DNA from: Phoronis australis
Lineage: Eukaryota > Animalia > Phoronida
Length of the DNA: 64,000 bases
Assembly (NCBI GenBank): GCA_002633005.1
Contig: NMRA01000372.1
Location: 149,058 to 213,057, forward strand
Reading direction: 5' to 3'
Positions 10,846-22,258 of the stretch are shown here, piece by piece; the stretch's first letter is position 1, and each line of letters opens with the position of its first letter. Under the pieces are notes generated by a model. The model was given only the letters and a program-made list of their open reading frames with translations. It did not search any database and was not told the DNA's origin. Position numbers and translations under genes: made by a program.

Positions 10846-12760
10846 ATATCAAATGACAATCAAATAATAATGGTACAATCCTGACCCATTCACACCACAT
10901 ACAAACAAAACAAAACAAAAACAATACAAACACATCCACGAGCACATCATAGATTTCACAGAGTATAACATCGATGTGAAATACGATGTAACATAGGATA
11001 GAAAAACTGATCCTCATGGTAAGGCTTATTCTCCCAGTATTTTCATAATGAGACTATAATAAAAGCATTTAGAAGCATTGCCCACACGGTCTCATACATA
11101 AAACAAGTAGAACGAAATTTAAGGATAACTACATTTCAGTAAAGTGATTTGGCTCTAAAGTATGCGTTTGAGACTTGTCGGGACGCCCGCACAGAGCAAA
11201 CAGAACACACACATAAACTAATAAGGTTGCCCGCACTCTGTGGCTACACGCAATACAAAGCCCTCTCATAAATAGCCTCCCAGATAGATTGCCCAGCATG
11301 AAGCTATATGACGCTTAGACCAAAATAGAACAAAATAGAACACAGCTACAACAATAAGACTACGCGACACGGTTGTCACGAACTTTGACATAGCCTGAGT
11401 AGCAGGTATATGTTAGCTATGAAAACGATACGTTGGGCACAACGGCTAACGTGAAGAAAAAAATAGGCTAATCATATACACAGTTATGGCTACCGGAAGT
11501 ACGGGAAGTACGTTTGTACTGAGGTCTCTCAACAGGGTCCCAAGTACCTGACAATTATGGTACGCTACACTTGTAGTTTGGCAATTGCACATGGAGTACA
11601 GAAGCAGTTAAGGGTTAAATGGATAATGCGAAGCATTGGAATTACCGTATAACTCAATCAACTTTACGGAAAAGGGAAATTAAGCCATCTTTCATGCAGA
11701 CTATAGTACAAAAGTGAGTAATCTTACCAAAAGCTGAGTACAAGACGTTGGAAACTATTGCACTACTGTATTATATTCTGGCTTGCGTGTATAATGTTGA
11801 TATGAGTCTAATTGTTGTTGGGCTCTGTTGTAGCAGGTTTTGTCAGTCACTCACTGTACGTTGCTTGATGGATCTTCATTAAAACTGGACATGTGTTGAG
11901 GAACGTACAATTTGAAGGAGCTTTGGGACAAATCCGACCACTTCTTAGACTCCTAATAGCATTTTTTCTCTGTGTTTGGTGAACGTTCAAGAAATTATGC
12001 CAAAAAATTACATTAGCACACCCCTTGTTTTAGTTGTTTTTTATCTATGTTGCGCCCCCTAGTGACATTCCCATTGATTTGAGTCCTTTATTGTCTACCT
12101 CCCTTTTCTCCAAACTTCTTAAGGAGTCTTGATGAAAGGTGACAGATGTGTTCTTTTTCAGTGCAACATTTCTGACTTAATTTGTACCCCCAGAGGAAAT
12201 CATGAAGATACATAGCATTGTTTCGTTTATTGGGAATGTTTGAAGAGGCATGGAACGCGAAAATTCGTATAAGTTACATTTTAAACAGATACTCGCGCAT
12301 CTGGTTCTTCTGGGGGATAACATGAAAGTTATTTACTTTAAATATTTCAGGAATTTTTTTGAAAAATCTTCATCCCAATACATCTTTCAAGTTCGCCGCA
12401 CCTACAAACACGTGCTCAATGAAGTCGGACTGGCTACTTGAAATCGTCATTGTCTTGTCTACCTTAAAACATCAAATGCCATGTGACATTGAAGATAATG
12501 TACTAAGTCTATGTCTTGCAATACTAAACAAGGAGACGTGGTTTGCCATGTGATGGACAAGTCGTCGAAGTGACAAGAGGTTGACAGATCGTTTTTTTTT
12601 TCAAATTTGAAGCAGAAAGGAAGTGATTAGCATCTACAGGAATTCAAAATAGTTTTGGAACAAACCGTAAATACCTGGTGAACAGCTTGACACCTGTTTT
12701 AGTGGAAAAGAACAACTTTGCAAATGCTAGTCTGTTTTTTCACGTCCTATGCCACTTTAA

Positions 12761-14417
12761 AGGAGAATGCCACCCAAAAACAACCTATTTTGTATCAATT
12801 TAGATGGAGTAGTTCTACTCGATAACGGCATGTTCAGTTGCGTTACCTGACACCTGACGGCAAACGGAGGTGTTGAAATTATCCAATGACATCATTGGTT
12901 TCACAAGTAGTCTGTTCAGCAGTTCACAACACGGGTTAGTGGTGTCAGCTTATCGCTTGAATTCATCGTTTAACACCAATAAATCATCACACTTCGATGT
13001 AAAACCCTTAAAAATACACCGAGTTTTTATAAAAACGTTTTGTTTTATTTCGCTATTACGGATTTATTGGTATTTGGACACACCGTACCCTACAATGTTC
13101 GGCAGGCCAATTTACCAAGGTGGCGTAGCAGGAGTTTGTGATCTCTTCGGAGATAAATTCGAAGTATTCTTCCGTGAAATACAGACAGGAGAACTTAGAT
13201 CTGTGTTGTTTAGCCTTGTGATTTTTTAGTTCTAAACACACAAAACGCTCGTTATCCCGGCCAGTGGCTCGGAACCCGATCAGGCCCGTCGCGGCCGCCG
13301 GGACTCGCACGAACATAAACCAGCTTGAGTTGGAAACTAAACCTCCAGTCACGAAAAGACTATAATAGTCAGCCAAAGAAATAATGTGAACGTAATTATT
13401 TATGTGAGTATTAGCCACGAAACTGAAAATCAACTTACTTGTCGGTGGCTGCGAAGTCGGGTTCCCTTCCCACAGGCCGTCGGGGCAAAGGTTGTAAAGT
13501 AACAATGATTTGAATAATGTATTTGTATTTCTAAATAACGATTCCCCTAACCATAGCAAGTAAAATCGTGCAATTGTTTCACAACAGCTTTCTGTCAGCA
13601 AACACGGAATTATCCTGTGCTCAAACGGCCTCGGTGCCAAGTCAATTACATTTTTTGCCAGCATCAAAAACCGGTAACGCAGTGGTTTGTTTATTGCTGG
13701 CTTCCCAACATTTGCACTCACGAATACTGCAAAGGCATTACAATTTGTATCTAATGAGACAGACTTTGTTCCAGTTTTATATAAGCATTAGTTAGGATGA
13801 GAATAATTCATTTTGAAACAGAACGCAGAATAATAAACCTCCAGACAGCAACTCGCCCGGCGCCAATCCCGACTTAGACGAGAGCTCATCCGACGAAGAC
13901 TTCGCGGGTCGGATCGTTAGGTTTCACAGACAATCAGTTCGAACCGGAACACACTGATCAAGAAATATTAGAGAGGCGCCGGGAACATGCACAGGCAACA
14001 GAAAGTATGGATAGTTCTTTGGTAAGCTGGAATTCGTCAGAGAAATCACTGTCGACGAAATGCAGGCCACAGACACGGAGATGTTTCACGCCCTCATGCT
14101 GGCTATTAACAGCGTACGTTTCATTCTTCACTACCGCGAGCCACTTCCTAAGCATTTCGAGCTGTCGAGGAAATCGAGAAACCGATATTCCCGCTTTCTT
14201 TGCAGCTTCATAGTTCGGACAAGTGGGAACAATGCACCGCAATATAGCGGCATTCACTCTGCAGACGAACCACTGACGTCGCTGCGTCGGTTCTCACCTT
14301 CCTCGAAGGTTAACGCGACACCTCTCGGCAAGGTGAAGTCGATCGTATAAGAGGCGATGTGGATATAGACCGATTAACACGGTAAAAAAGACTAATTAAA
14401 TCGGGTGGCATTCTCCT
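12761..14417 (-). mobile_element. Kolobok DNA transposon (internally deleted), 1657 bp
   Basis: Perfect 15-bp TIR AGGAGAATGCCACCC / GGGTGGCATTCTCCT; TTAA on both sides (12757-12760, 14418-14421); purine-purine start; THAP zinc-finger ORF near one end. Confidence 0.85.
13958..14257 (-). CDS. THAP (C2CH) zinc-finger domain ORF, N-terminus of the Kolobok transposase
   Basis: RCIVPTCPN...SRFPRQLEMLRKWLAVV...LRVCGLHFVDSDF matches the THAP pattern C-x4-C...FP...W...C-x2-HF. Confidence 0.75.
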   Translation of the reverse strand: MNAAILRCIVPTCPNYEAAKKAGISVSRFPRQLEMLRKWLAVVKNETYAVNSQHEGVKHLRVCGLHFVDSDFSDEFQLTKELSILSVACACSRRLSNIS

Positions 14418-14507
14418 TTAACAGGATGATCATATCTAAGTGTTTCTGCGCTATATGCAATGCACACGGTAAATGCTTATTAACGCTTCATTTTGCTCTC
14501 GTTCTAG

Positions 14508-14899
14508 ATATTGTGGAAATGCCTGATTTTGGGGGACCAGTGGTATCCGTGAAAATTCTGGTAGGAGGACGAAAGATCGATGTAGATTTCTCACCTAGCC
14601 TGGAAAGGTTTTCTCCCTTCAGAACGCCTTGGCCAAAAATTTTCATCATCAATAGATGGCTGGGAAACTTCTGGCCTTCAGAGTCCAAGATTGACAGTGT
14701 AAGGAGTGAGGAAACAGACAGAATCCCCAAGAAAGATTTGTGCTGGTGGGTTTCATATGCCCGTGCTGATACAGAGCTACTCCAAGGAATGGACGAAGAT
14801 GCTGGTTGCCGGAAGCAGTGCTTGAGAATGATGAAGCAGATTAGGACTGACATCTGGTGTCCGTCTCCAAAACCTGTGATAACTTCTTATCATATAAAG
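14508..14899 (+). CDS. Mab-21/cGAS-like receptor (cGLR) nucleotidyltransferase, internal exon
   Basis: Acceptor ttttgctctcgttctAG, donor AAG/GTACGT; encodes GPVVSV, IDVDFSPSL (third catalytic Asp strand), WWVSYARADTELL, CRKQCLRMMKQIR and SYHIK, typical of the Mab-21/cGAS fold. Confidence 0.88.
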
Positions 14900-16221
14900 G
14901 TACGTGTCACATTCTAAAGTGGGTCTAAACATAGCGTTGTAAGCAAACTCCTTGCACTACCAGCTGCTTACATGTACACATAGGTTCCGTCTTAAGAAAC
15001 TCATAGTCTCACTTTTTTCATTTGAGAATTATGTGCATGAGGGCCTTCTGAGGTCACGCGAGGTGGAAATGTCCAGGTATTTGGTTTCCTTCACCGACTG
15101 CACAGTGCGGTTGTGACCGGCTTTCCTCAAATTAGGCCATATTATTCAGATTTTGTGTGACGTCAAGTATATAATAATACTGAAGACGCAACTATATAAT
15201 TGTCCACTAATAATAAACGCCAGATTCCCTGAATTCTGATTGAACGAAATGCGTGTTACCACGCAAAATACACAAGTCCGTGGTTTCCAGTTGAACATCG
15301 GTAACGCGTACACAGTAGAGTGGTAGATAACGACATATACATGTATGTAGAGGAAAGATGTCAGTTTAACACTTCACTGTACAGATACCTAGAAGCAAAT
15401 TACACATTTTCTTAAAAATGCAAACTCACGTCGAGAACAATACCTATTTAGCAGCGAGAGAGCTCCTGTAACTAGTGCCATGTGAATTACTTAAAATCGA
15501 CCAAGAATCAAAACGGCGGGAAATAGCTTTGTCTGCTATTTTGATATGCCTGCTAGCACTTAAAATTTCGAATTGAAAGTGATTACCGTCAAACGTGTTG
15601 TTCATCCAGTGTCCACTTTGACTGTGGATTGGTGGATTGACATTCATGCGTGTACACGTGTGTGCGTTTCGTTTCTAAAAATCCATTACCCGCTTACAGT
15701 AACTTCACTATAGGCAGTCCATTCCTCAAAGAACAAACATTAACTACCGTGTTTTCTTGCATAGAGAAAATCCCCAGGAACATGTTCACATTATTAGGAA
15801 AAGTAGTATAACTTAAGACAACTACGAAAAGTCCACTCTTGTCAATCATTGTCAATGGTGAACATCCTCGCAGACATCATGGAAATGATTTCCAAACTTA
15901 CATGTTACTATTCCAAAAGTTCACTACTCCAAAGGTGAGGTACCTTAGGAAGTTCACTACTTAGAATCAGTGACCACAATTCCGGAACCAGAACCCGACA
16001 ATTAATTGCTCTGATCGTCTGCTAATCAGTCGAAACTGGTGAGCTTATTTAGTAACCATTTAAAAGGTGTGGAAGAGTTGAATAGTTTTTAAAACATTGA
16101 TCACATTGTTACAAATGAGCTTAGTTCCAATCACTCCAAACCGTGATTCTAAAATCTAACTAGCGAACCATTCTCAAGCAGGAACACAGACGTCTAACGA
16201 TTTCCATGAATACTTTTTCAG

Positions 16222-16599
16222 AATGCTGTATGGTGGGAGTGTTTCGCTTATCCCAGAAGTAGCGACTGGTCACGCGACATGCTCAGCACACGCTTTAAGA
16301 GCACAGTTAAGCGGCTGTGCGAATTTGTTGATGATGCAAAGTTGCCACTGTTTTTCGACAGCGACGTGAACTTGTTCCAGGAGACAGACCGTGAAAAACT
16401 GCGCCATATGAAACAAGCGATTGATGATTTTTTACAAAACCCCATGCAAGCTCTAGTTAACCATAGCAACGCCAGAAAAATCGAGGACGCTTTACGTCGA
16501 CCACAGGGATTAATTTTCCAGAAGGAGTCTGTTGGCCTACCTACATCCAGCTTATCGGATTGGTTCAGTGACCCATATTTGTTTTCAGAGTATCATTAG
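16222..16599 (+). CDS. Mab-21/cGAS-like receptor, terminal exon
   Basis: Acceptor tactttttcAG; the phase-0 join gives SYHIK-NAVWWECFAYPRSSDWSRDMLSTRF...LPLFFDSDVNLF (Mab-21 C-terminal lobe); stop at 16599; AATAAA at 16868. Confidence 0.88.
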   Translation, partial: NAVWWECFAYPRSSDWSRDMLSTRFKSTVKRLCEFVDDAKLPLFFDSDVNLFQETDREKLRHMKQAIDDFLQNPMQALVNHSNARKIEDALRRPQGLIFQKESVGLPTSSLSDWFSDPYLFSEYH

Positions 16600-19338
16600 A
16601 TTGTAAAATTTTGCTTTAGTTTGGGGACAACAGACGAAAGCCGAGGGGCCTAAAACCCACTGGTTGACGGCGTTCAAAATACTTGGTGGCCTGTATTTGC
16701 GGCTTGGCCGGCAACTTTTGAAAGTTAACAGCCCTCCGGGCCAGTAAATTTTCACATATATGGCCTATATGGACGTGTTCCCATATTCAATTAATTAAAA
16801 AAGGTGTGTTGGCTAATTTTGTTTGCTCCTCACCTCTTGAACGCCAACGAGTTTGAACCTTATGGGCAATAAATCTTTGACCGACCCATTTACTTACTCA
16901 TAGAACTCTAGCCTAGAGTTCTATGTACTGATGGAACGTGGTTTGCAGAAATATATTGGATGAATCCAGTCCGGGGCTTTTATTTTGTAACTACGGCTTA
17001 CGTAGTGTTTATGTATACATCTGCAGTTATCAGAATCTTCTCAATTTGGAGGTTCTCAAAGCGCATGCGCGTTTACTGTAGTGTACAGGAAAAGATTGAA
17101 AAAACGTGGATAGGATGCAAGACCAACAACTTGGTAGCCGGCCCATTTATTTGCTGAAGTTCAAACACTGCTGGTCGATATCGACACCTGGTTCAAGTGA
17201 CGGTTCACTTGCTAGAATATACCACAGCAAAGACTAGACGACTCGATCTATACTGGTTTTGATTGGTCATAGAAAGGATGGTAAAATAACTGAAAAACAA
17301 GGCTGATCCTTACGATGTACAGTTCGATCCCCGCATCACAATAATGTTCGTACACAATTCGATGTTGACCCGCTGGGTAACAGCAACAAATTTCCAATCT
17401 CACTATTTTAGTATCAACTTTCGATTTACGGAAGCGAAACTTGAAATGCAGTTAGAAACTTTACTGCAAATTCGGCACCGTGGAGGCTGGAAAGAGCCTG
17501 TTGCTTGTACAAGCGTAGTATAGAACACAGTTAGGATGGAATGTGGTGACGATGGAAGGAATCGGGTTAATATGACCGAGGGAAACCTCAGTTCGTTGTG
17601 TGGAATTTCCTAAGAAAACTGACTCCAAGGACTGTGCGGTACACTGGACATCTCGATTTTTAAAAGGGCGTTATCGTTTTGACAGCTGAAAACTCCGCAT
17701 TTTGGGATCATTATTGGATGGGATAGACGTTTTGGATTTACCCGCTTTGATCAGATTTACTAAGCAATAAAACCCTTTTGTGTTTCCGCCACAGTCTGAC
17801 CGTCAACAGGTGAAATAAGTGAAAGAGACAACCACGAATCTGCCCAAATTTTATATCATGAAGGCGACCTGGCGTACGTCGGGGAATCTCGGTGGTTTCG
17901 TGGTGAAATCCGCACGCGAACTGTCTGAAACGAGAGTTACTACTCCTATGTGCTGGCTAATTGCTCGAAGTTTTTTCTAGCAGGAGATTACGGTTTTCGA
18001 AGACATTTGGAATGTTTTATTCAACTCCCCAGTTGCTCCATAATAAAAAATGGCCTAAGCGTCTGCTGCAGTGAACATGAAGTTAAAATTGTGCATGTAT
18101 GTGTTTATTTGATCGCGATCCGTATATATTTAAGACCAATGTTGTTGACAAAATGATGAGAATATTGGTCATCCGCGACAATCCCAGTTATGGGCCATGC
18201 GCTGTAAACCACATGAAGCTCAGTGAACCAATCAGAGACCATTTTCGTTATGCAGATTTGCTTTGGTGTTTTTGATATAACAAACCTTTGTATTTTACAA
18301 AAATAAACATTATCAGTGTTTAAACTTGCAACTTTCCATGAAAGCAGACTTTTAAAATTGGTTAATTTATTAGCATTGAAATACAATGCCCGGCAGAATG
18401 GGTGATACTGCAATAATATTTGCAGTTAGCCACCTATTGGCCACTTCGTATAGTTGCGTAAATCCGTGAGCGCTGCACAGCACCGTCTGTTATAGCTAGC
18501 CAAGATTTGCATGTCAATCTATCGTGGTTATAATCAACATTTATTTTGCACTCGAGTCCATCTGCCCACAGTATATATACACTGTACATACACGACATAT
18601 ATGGTTACCCAATCAAAAACCCGGTTTTAATGATTTAAAAGTTTCAGCGCAACTGTCATAATCTTCCACCATGCAGCAGTTGTCATTGACGTTTTTGACG
18701 AAATGGTTTTCCCAATTCTCAGATAAAGCCCTTAAGTGTGGCGATTCAAAGAGTACCGCTGTACATAGAATATTCATGTTGATGCCGTTTTAAGTGAACT
18801 CGGAAAATTCGGGCCGTTTTTTTCTCGAAGCGTTCTTAAAATTAATCAAACAATGGTTAAAATTATTAAAGTTGCTGTCCTCGCGTACAGTGAAACTTCA
18901 AGTTACTCTATAATATGCTTGTGAAATTAGACAAGACAGGAACTGTACTTGTTCTGCAACTGTTAAGACACTGTTAAACAGATACAGGTACACGTACCGC
19001 TCTATGGTTTTGGTTTTGTGGCTTGAGCAAGGAGGTGGGTGCGAAGATTTTTTCTACAAGCCTTAGAACAATGAATTGAAGGTTGCTTTTTACAAGAATG
19101 GAAAACAGACGTGCAAAACAATTCCAAATTATGCACACGCTCCTTCTTCAAAACGACATTTACAATTGGAGGCCTACATGTATGCTTCATGCAAATTACC
19201 CCCCTCCCCCCATAGCTTCATAACTTCCTTTACAGGGTTCAAATCGCAGACTGTTGGTCAAGAGGTGGGAAGACGTGTATTAGTTCTTTATGTAAACAAA
19301 GCTCTAGTAAAAACTTTGTAGAAAATGAATTTCACTTT

Positions 19339-19340
<2 letters not shown>

Positions 19341-19383
<43 letters not shown>

Positions 19384-19429
19384 TGTGTGTGTGTCTGTGT
19401 GTGTGTCTGTGTGTCTGTGTGTGTGTATG
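19341..19429. repeat. (GT)n microsatellite
   Basis: Directly visible GT run with GTCT interruptions. Confidence 0.95.
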
Positions 19430-20379
19430 TCCCTTCTACAATTATTTGAGAATAAGATTTTTGCCTAACTTATGTTGGACCAATCAAAGTAACCGTGACG
19501 GTTTCTTGTGGAGATTAATGGAAATTTCTGATCTCTGTGTGCTTAAAAATTGAATTAAGTTTATGTATCACGCTTCTATCGTGTCTATATGTTTCATTCA
19601 GACGTACTTTTTATACTCTTGACTGGCTTCTGGTTGACATTTCGTGCTGTGCTTGCGGAGCACCAACATGTTTTCACAGGTTTAGGTTACACGTGTATGT
19701 CAACTGTTGCCGCGCTGTAATGCACTGCGATTTTGCGGACCACTGCAACGGTGTGCGTTTATGGTACAAATATACTGCCATACTAATGAAACGTGTCGTG
19801 TCCTCATCTTCAACACAGCCAACAGGTAGTACACAGAGACTCCATTAAGTCACGTAACACACACACCCGCAGACACGTTCACACGTAAGGTGTTATTTTT
19901 TCACTTTTAATTGCAATTGCCTATTTAGGCCACTTTCTGAGCTCCACCTCGCGGTGCAGTTTGAAATTACGATTGTATATTCATATTATTATTATTGACG
20001 TTGCAACCAGACGTGCATTACAAAATTGAAAATGCCCCAAAATAACCTGATAACACAGGAGTAGTTGAACAGAATTTGACTTTTCAAAAGCTATCGTAGA
20101 AGTTACACAAGATGGTGATCCATATTCAAAATTTTGCTTGCACATTTTTCGTTACTAAACGTTATTCCTGGCACATGTAACAAATCAATACAATATTTGT
20201 GTCACTTGGTAAACTGACCATTGTTAATTTAAAAGGATACTAAACCCTGTTTTGATAATTTCAAGCAAATCTCGTTCTGCCTCTTGTTAATGCACCAGTG
20301 ACGTCAATCTTGAACGATGAATCAACTGAAAACGCATTCTCCCTTTGTCACAGATTGGATATTATGGTTCGTGGTGGGA

Positions 20380-20480
20380 GGTCATTTGCCACAGTTGCCG
20401 TTAATTCCCTAAAAGCGTAGGTCACGCTTCCCCGTTTAGCAGACTTTGATAGGAGTTTTCAAACTTTCTTCCACACTTTC
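20380..20480 (+). repeat. Interspersed repeat fragment, inverted homolog of ~26700-26795
   Basis: GTTGCCGTTAATTCCCTAAAAGCGTAGGTCACGCTTCCCGTTTAGCAGACTTTGA matches the reverse complement of TCAAAGTCTGCTAAACGGGCAAGCTTGACCTAAGCTTTTAGCGAATTACACGGCAAC. Confidence 0.7.
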
Positions 20481-22095
20481 GAAGGTTGTCGGGGATTAAA
20501 GAGCATTATTTGTGCTAGTGAGAAAACTGAGTTGTTACCAATATATTTGACAATCGAAATTGCTGTTTTCATATCTGATTACGAATATTGTTGTTGCTAC
20601 CCTTACAAGCTAGTACAAAGTGAACGATTATCTACAAAACAGCATAGTAGTTTTCAAAAAAATTTGACGAATTTTGTTGAAAATCGTCTGACTTCACCCA
20701 CAATACGAGTTCAATTTTGATAAAAAAGAGAAAAAATCCGAAAATTATCCTCGAATTTTGTCAAGAGAAGAAAAGTAATTACGTGCGGATGAAAATGATC
20801 GTATCTAAGTTGATGCATTTAGTTTATTTTAGTTATTCTGAAAGTCTGTGACGTTTTATAAGACATAAAGTATACTACACGTGAATGTCCTGTTACAAAA
20901 TTAATTAGAGCGTTGAATCATAACTCTTCTTTAATGCCATGTGCTGGCCATATCAGAGGACTAGCGCGTCTGCACGAAAAACGAAAATCCCGGTTTTGTG
21001 TATTGGTCAGGACAGAGATCTTTCTAGAGGCAGCTATAGGTCACGTGATGAGACATACATGTACATGCATGAGGTGTAAAAGCATTTCTAATACAATATA
21101 CCGAAGTTACAGCGCCAATACATTTCCGTTTTTACCTTACCACTGACGAAGAGTGAGTCGCTGACACGGAGTTAACTCGACTGTCAATGAATTGCGTACC
21201 GTTTGTAGGCTTACTTGTCCATGCATCTTCTTATACGGACGCGTTTTCATTTATCTCCGTGCGTACTACCAGGATATTCAGAGCCGCGAATGAACAAGTT
21301 GATCCGCACTGCAATTAATCTGAACGCTTGGATGATTTGGTTGGTTAACACCAAAATTGTGAATTCGAAGATGGCATACGTTGCCTGTGGTCGGAGTTTC
21401 CAGCAATTTCAGCAGCCATTCAGGATCGGACAGGTGACGTGCGTGTGGTTATCATTTAAACCCCAAAGCGCTTTGGTTTAAAATTAACATCGGCAATTAA
21501 ACAGTTGCGAAACGCCCCCTATTGAAAAAAGTGAAAGACCAACAACATGTATGTCTCCCATTTAAACGGGTAGGAGCCTAGAAAAATACCTAAACTAGAC
21601 TTCGTAACTTAATATCTCAGAATTGGCTGATCTTATTAGCATAAAACTTTACTATGTTTCGTGCACTGTTCAAGAATTAATTTTGAAATTCATGTGTTCG
21701 CTAAGTTTGCACGAGAATGGGCTACCAACAAGAGGCCTTTGATGATTTTGATAAAAACCCCCAACAAGTTGCGTAAAACGAGCTTGACGGATATTTTAGA
21801 AAATTGTATCAGTGTTTTTGAGATTTTTATTATTTTGAACATTCCAGAATATCCGGCGAAAGTGTATTGTTATGACCATACTTTTCTTTTTAACGAAACT
21901 CACCGTAGAAAGATTTGGCCATGTGAAACAGTAATGACAGATTGGTACGAAGTTAACAAACACAAATTTCTCATGTCTTCTGCTTTCAGAAAATAAATAC
22001 GTTTAGTGAGCTAAAATGTGTGTAGATATTTGGCTTCAGGACGTGACTACAGTCTGAAAACTGACTGCACTGTGATTATCTTTGCACTACGCTAC

Positions 22096-22258
22096 CAGGG
22101 GCGGATCCAGGATTTTGAGTTAGGGGAGGAGGCCAGAGCCTCTTAGCCAGGATTTTGCCCGTTAAACATTCGCACCCCTGAACTGCCAAACGGAATCCGA
22201 GTGAATTTTCGAGGTCGGGGGCGTACCCGCTTGCCCCCCTCCCTTTTATCCACCACTG
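22096..22258. mobile_element. hAT5-like MITE, 163 bp
   Basis: CAGGGGCGGAT...ATCCACCACTG termini; TSD GCTAC (22091-22095, 22259-22263). Confidence 0.8.

Noticed and set aside
13056-13721. 221-aa minus-strand ORF inside the Kolobok element as a transposase or KolX gene
   Set aside because: No DDE motifs, alternative start codon, and only a faint, stop-interrupted KolX-like resemblance; not supportable.
17200-18000. CpG-richer stretch resembling a promoter or first non-coding exon
   Set aside because: No linked coding exon or diagnostic motif could be established.
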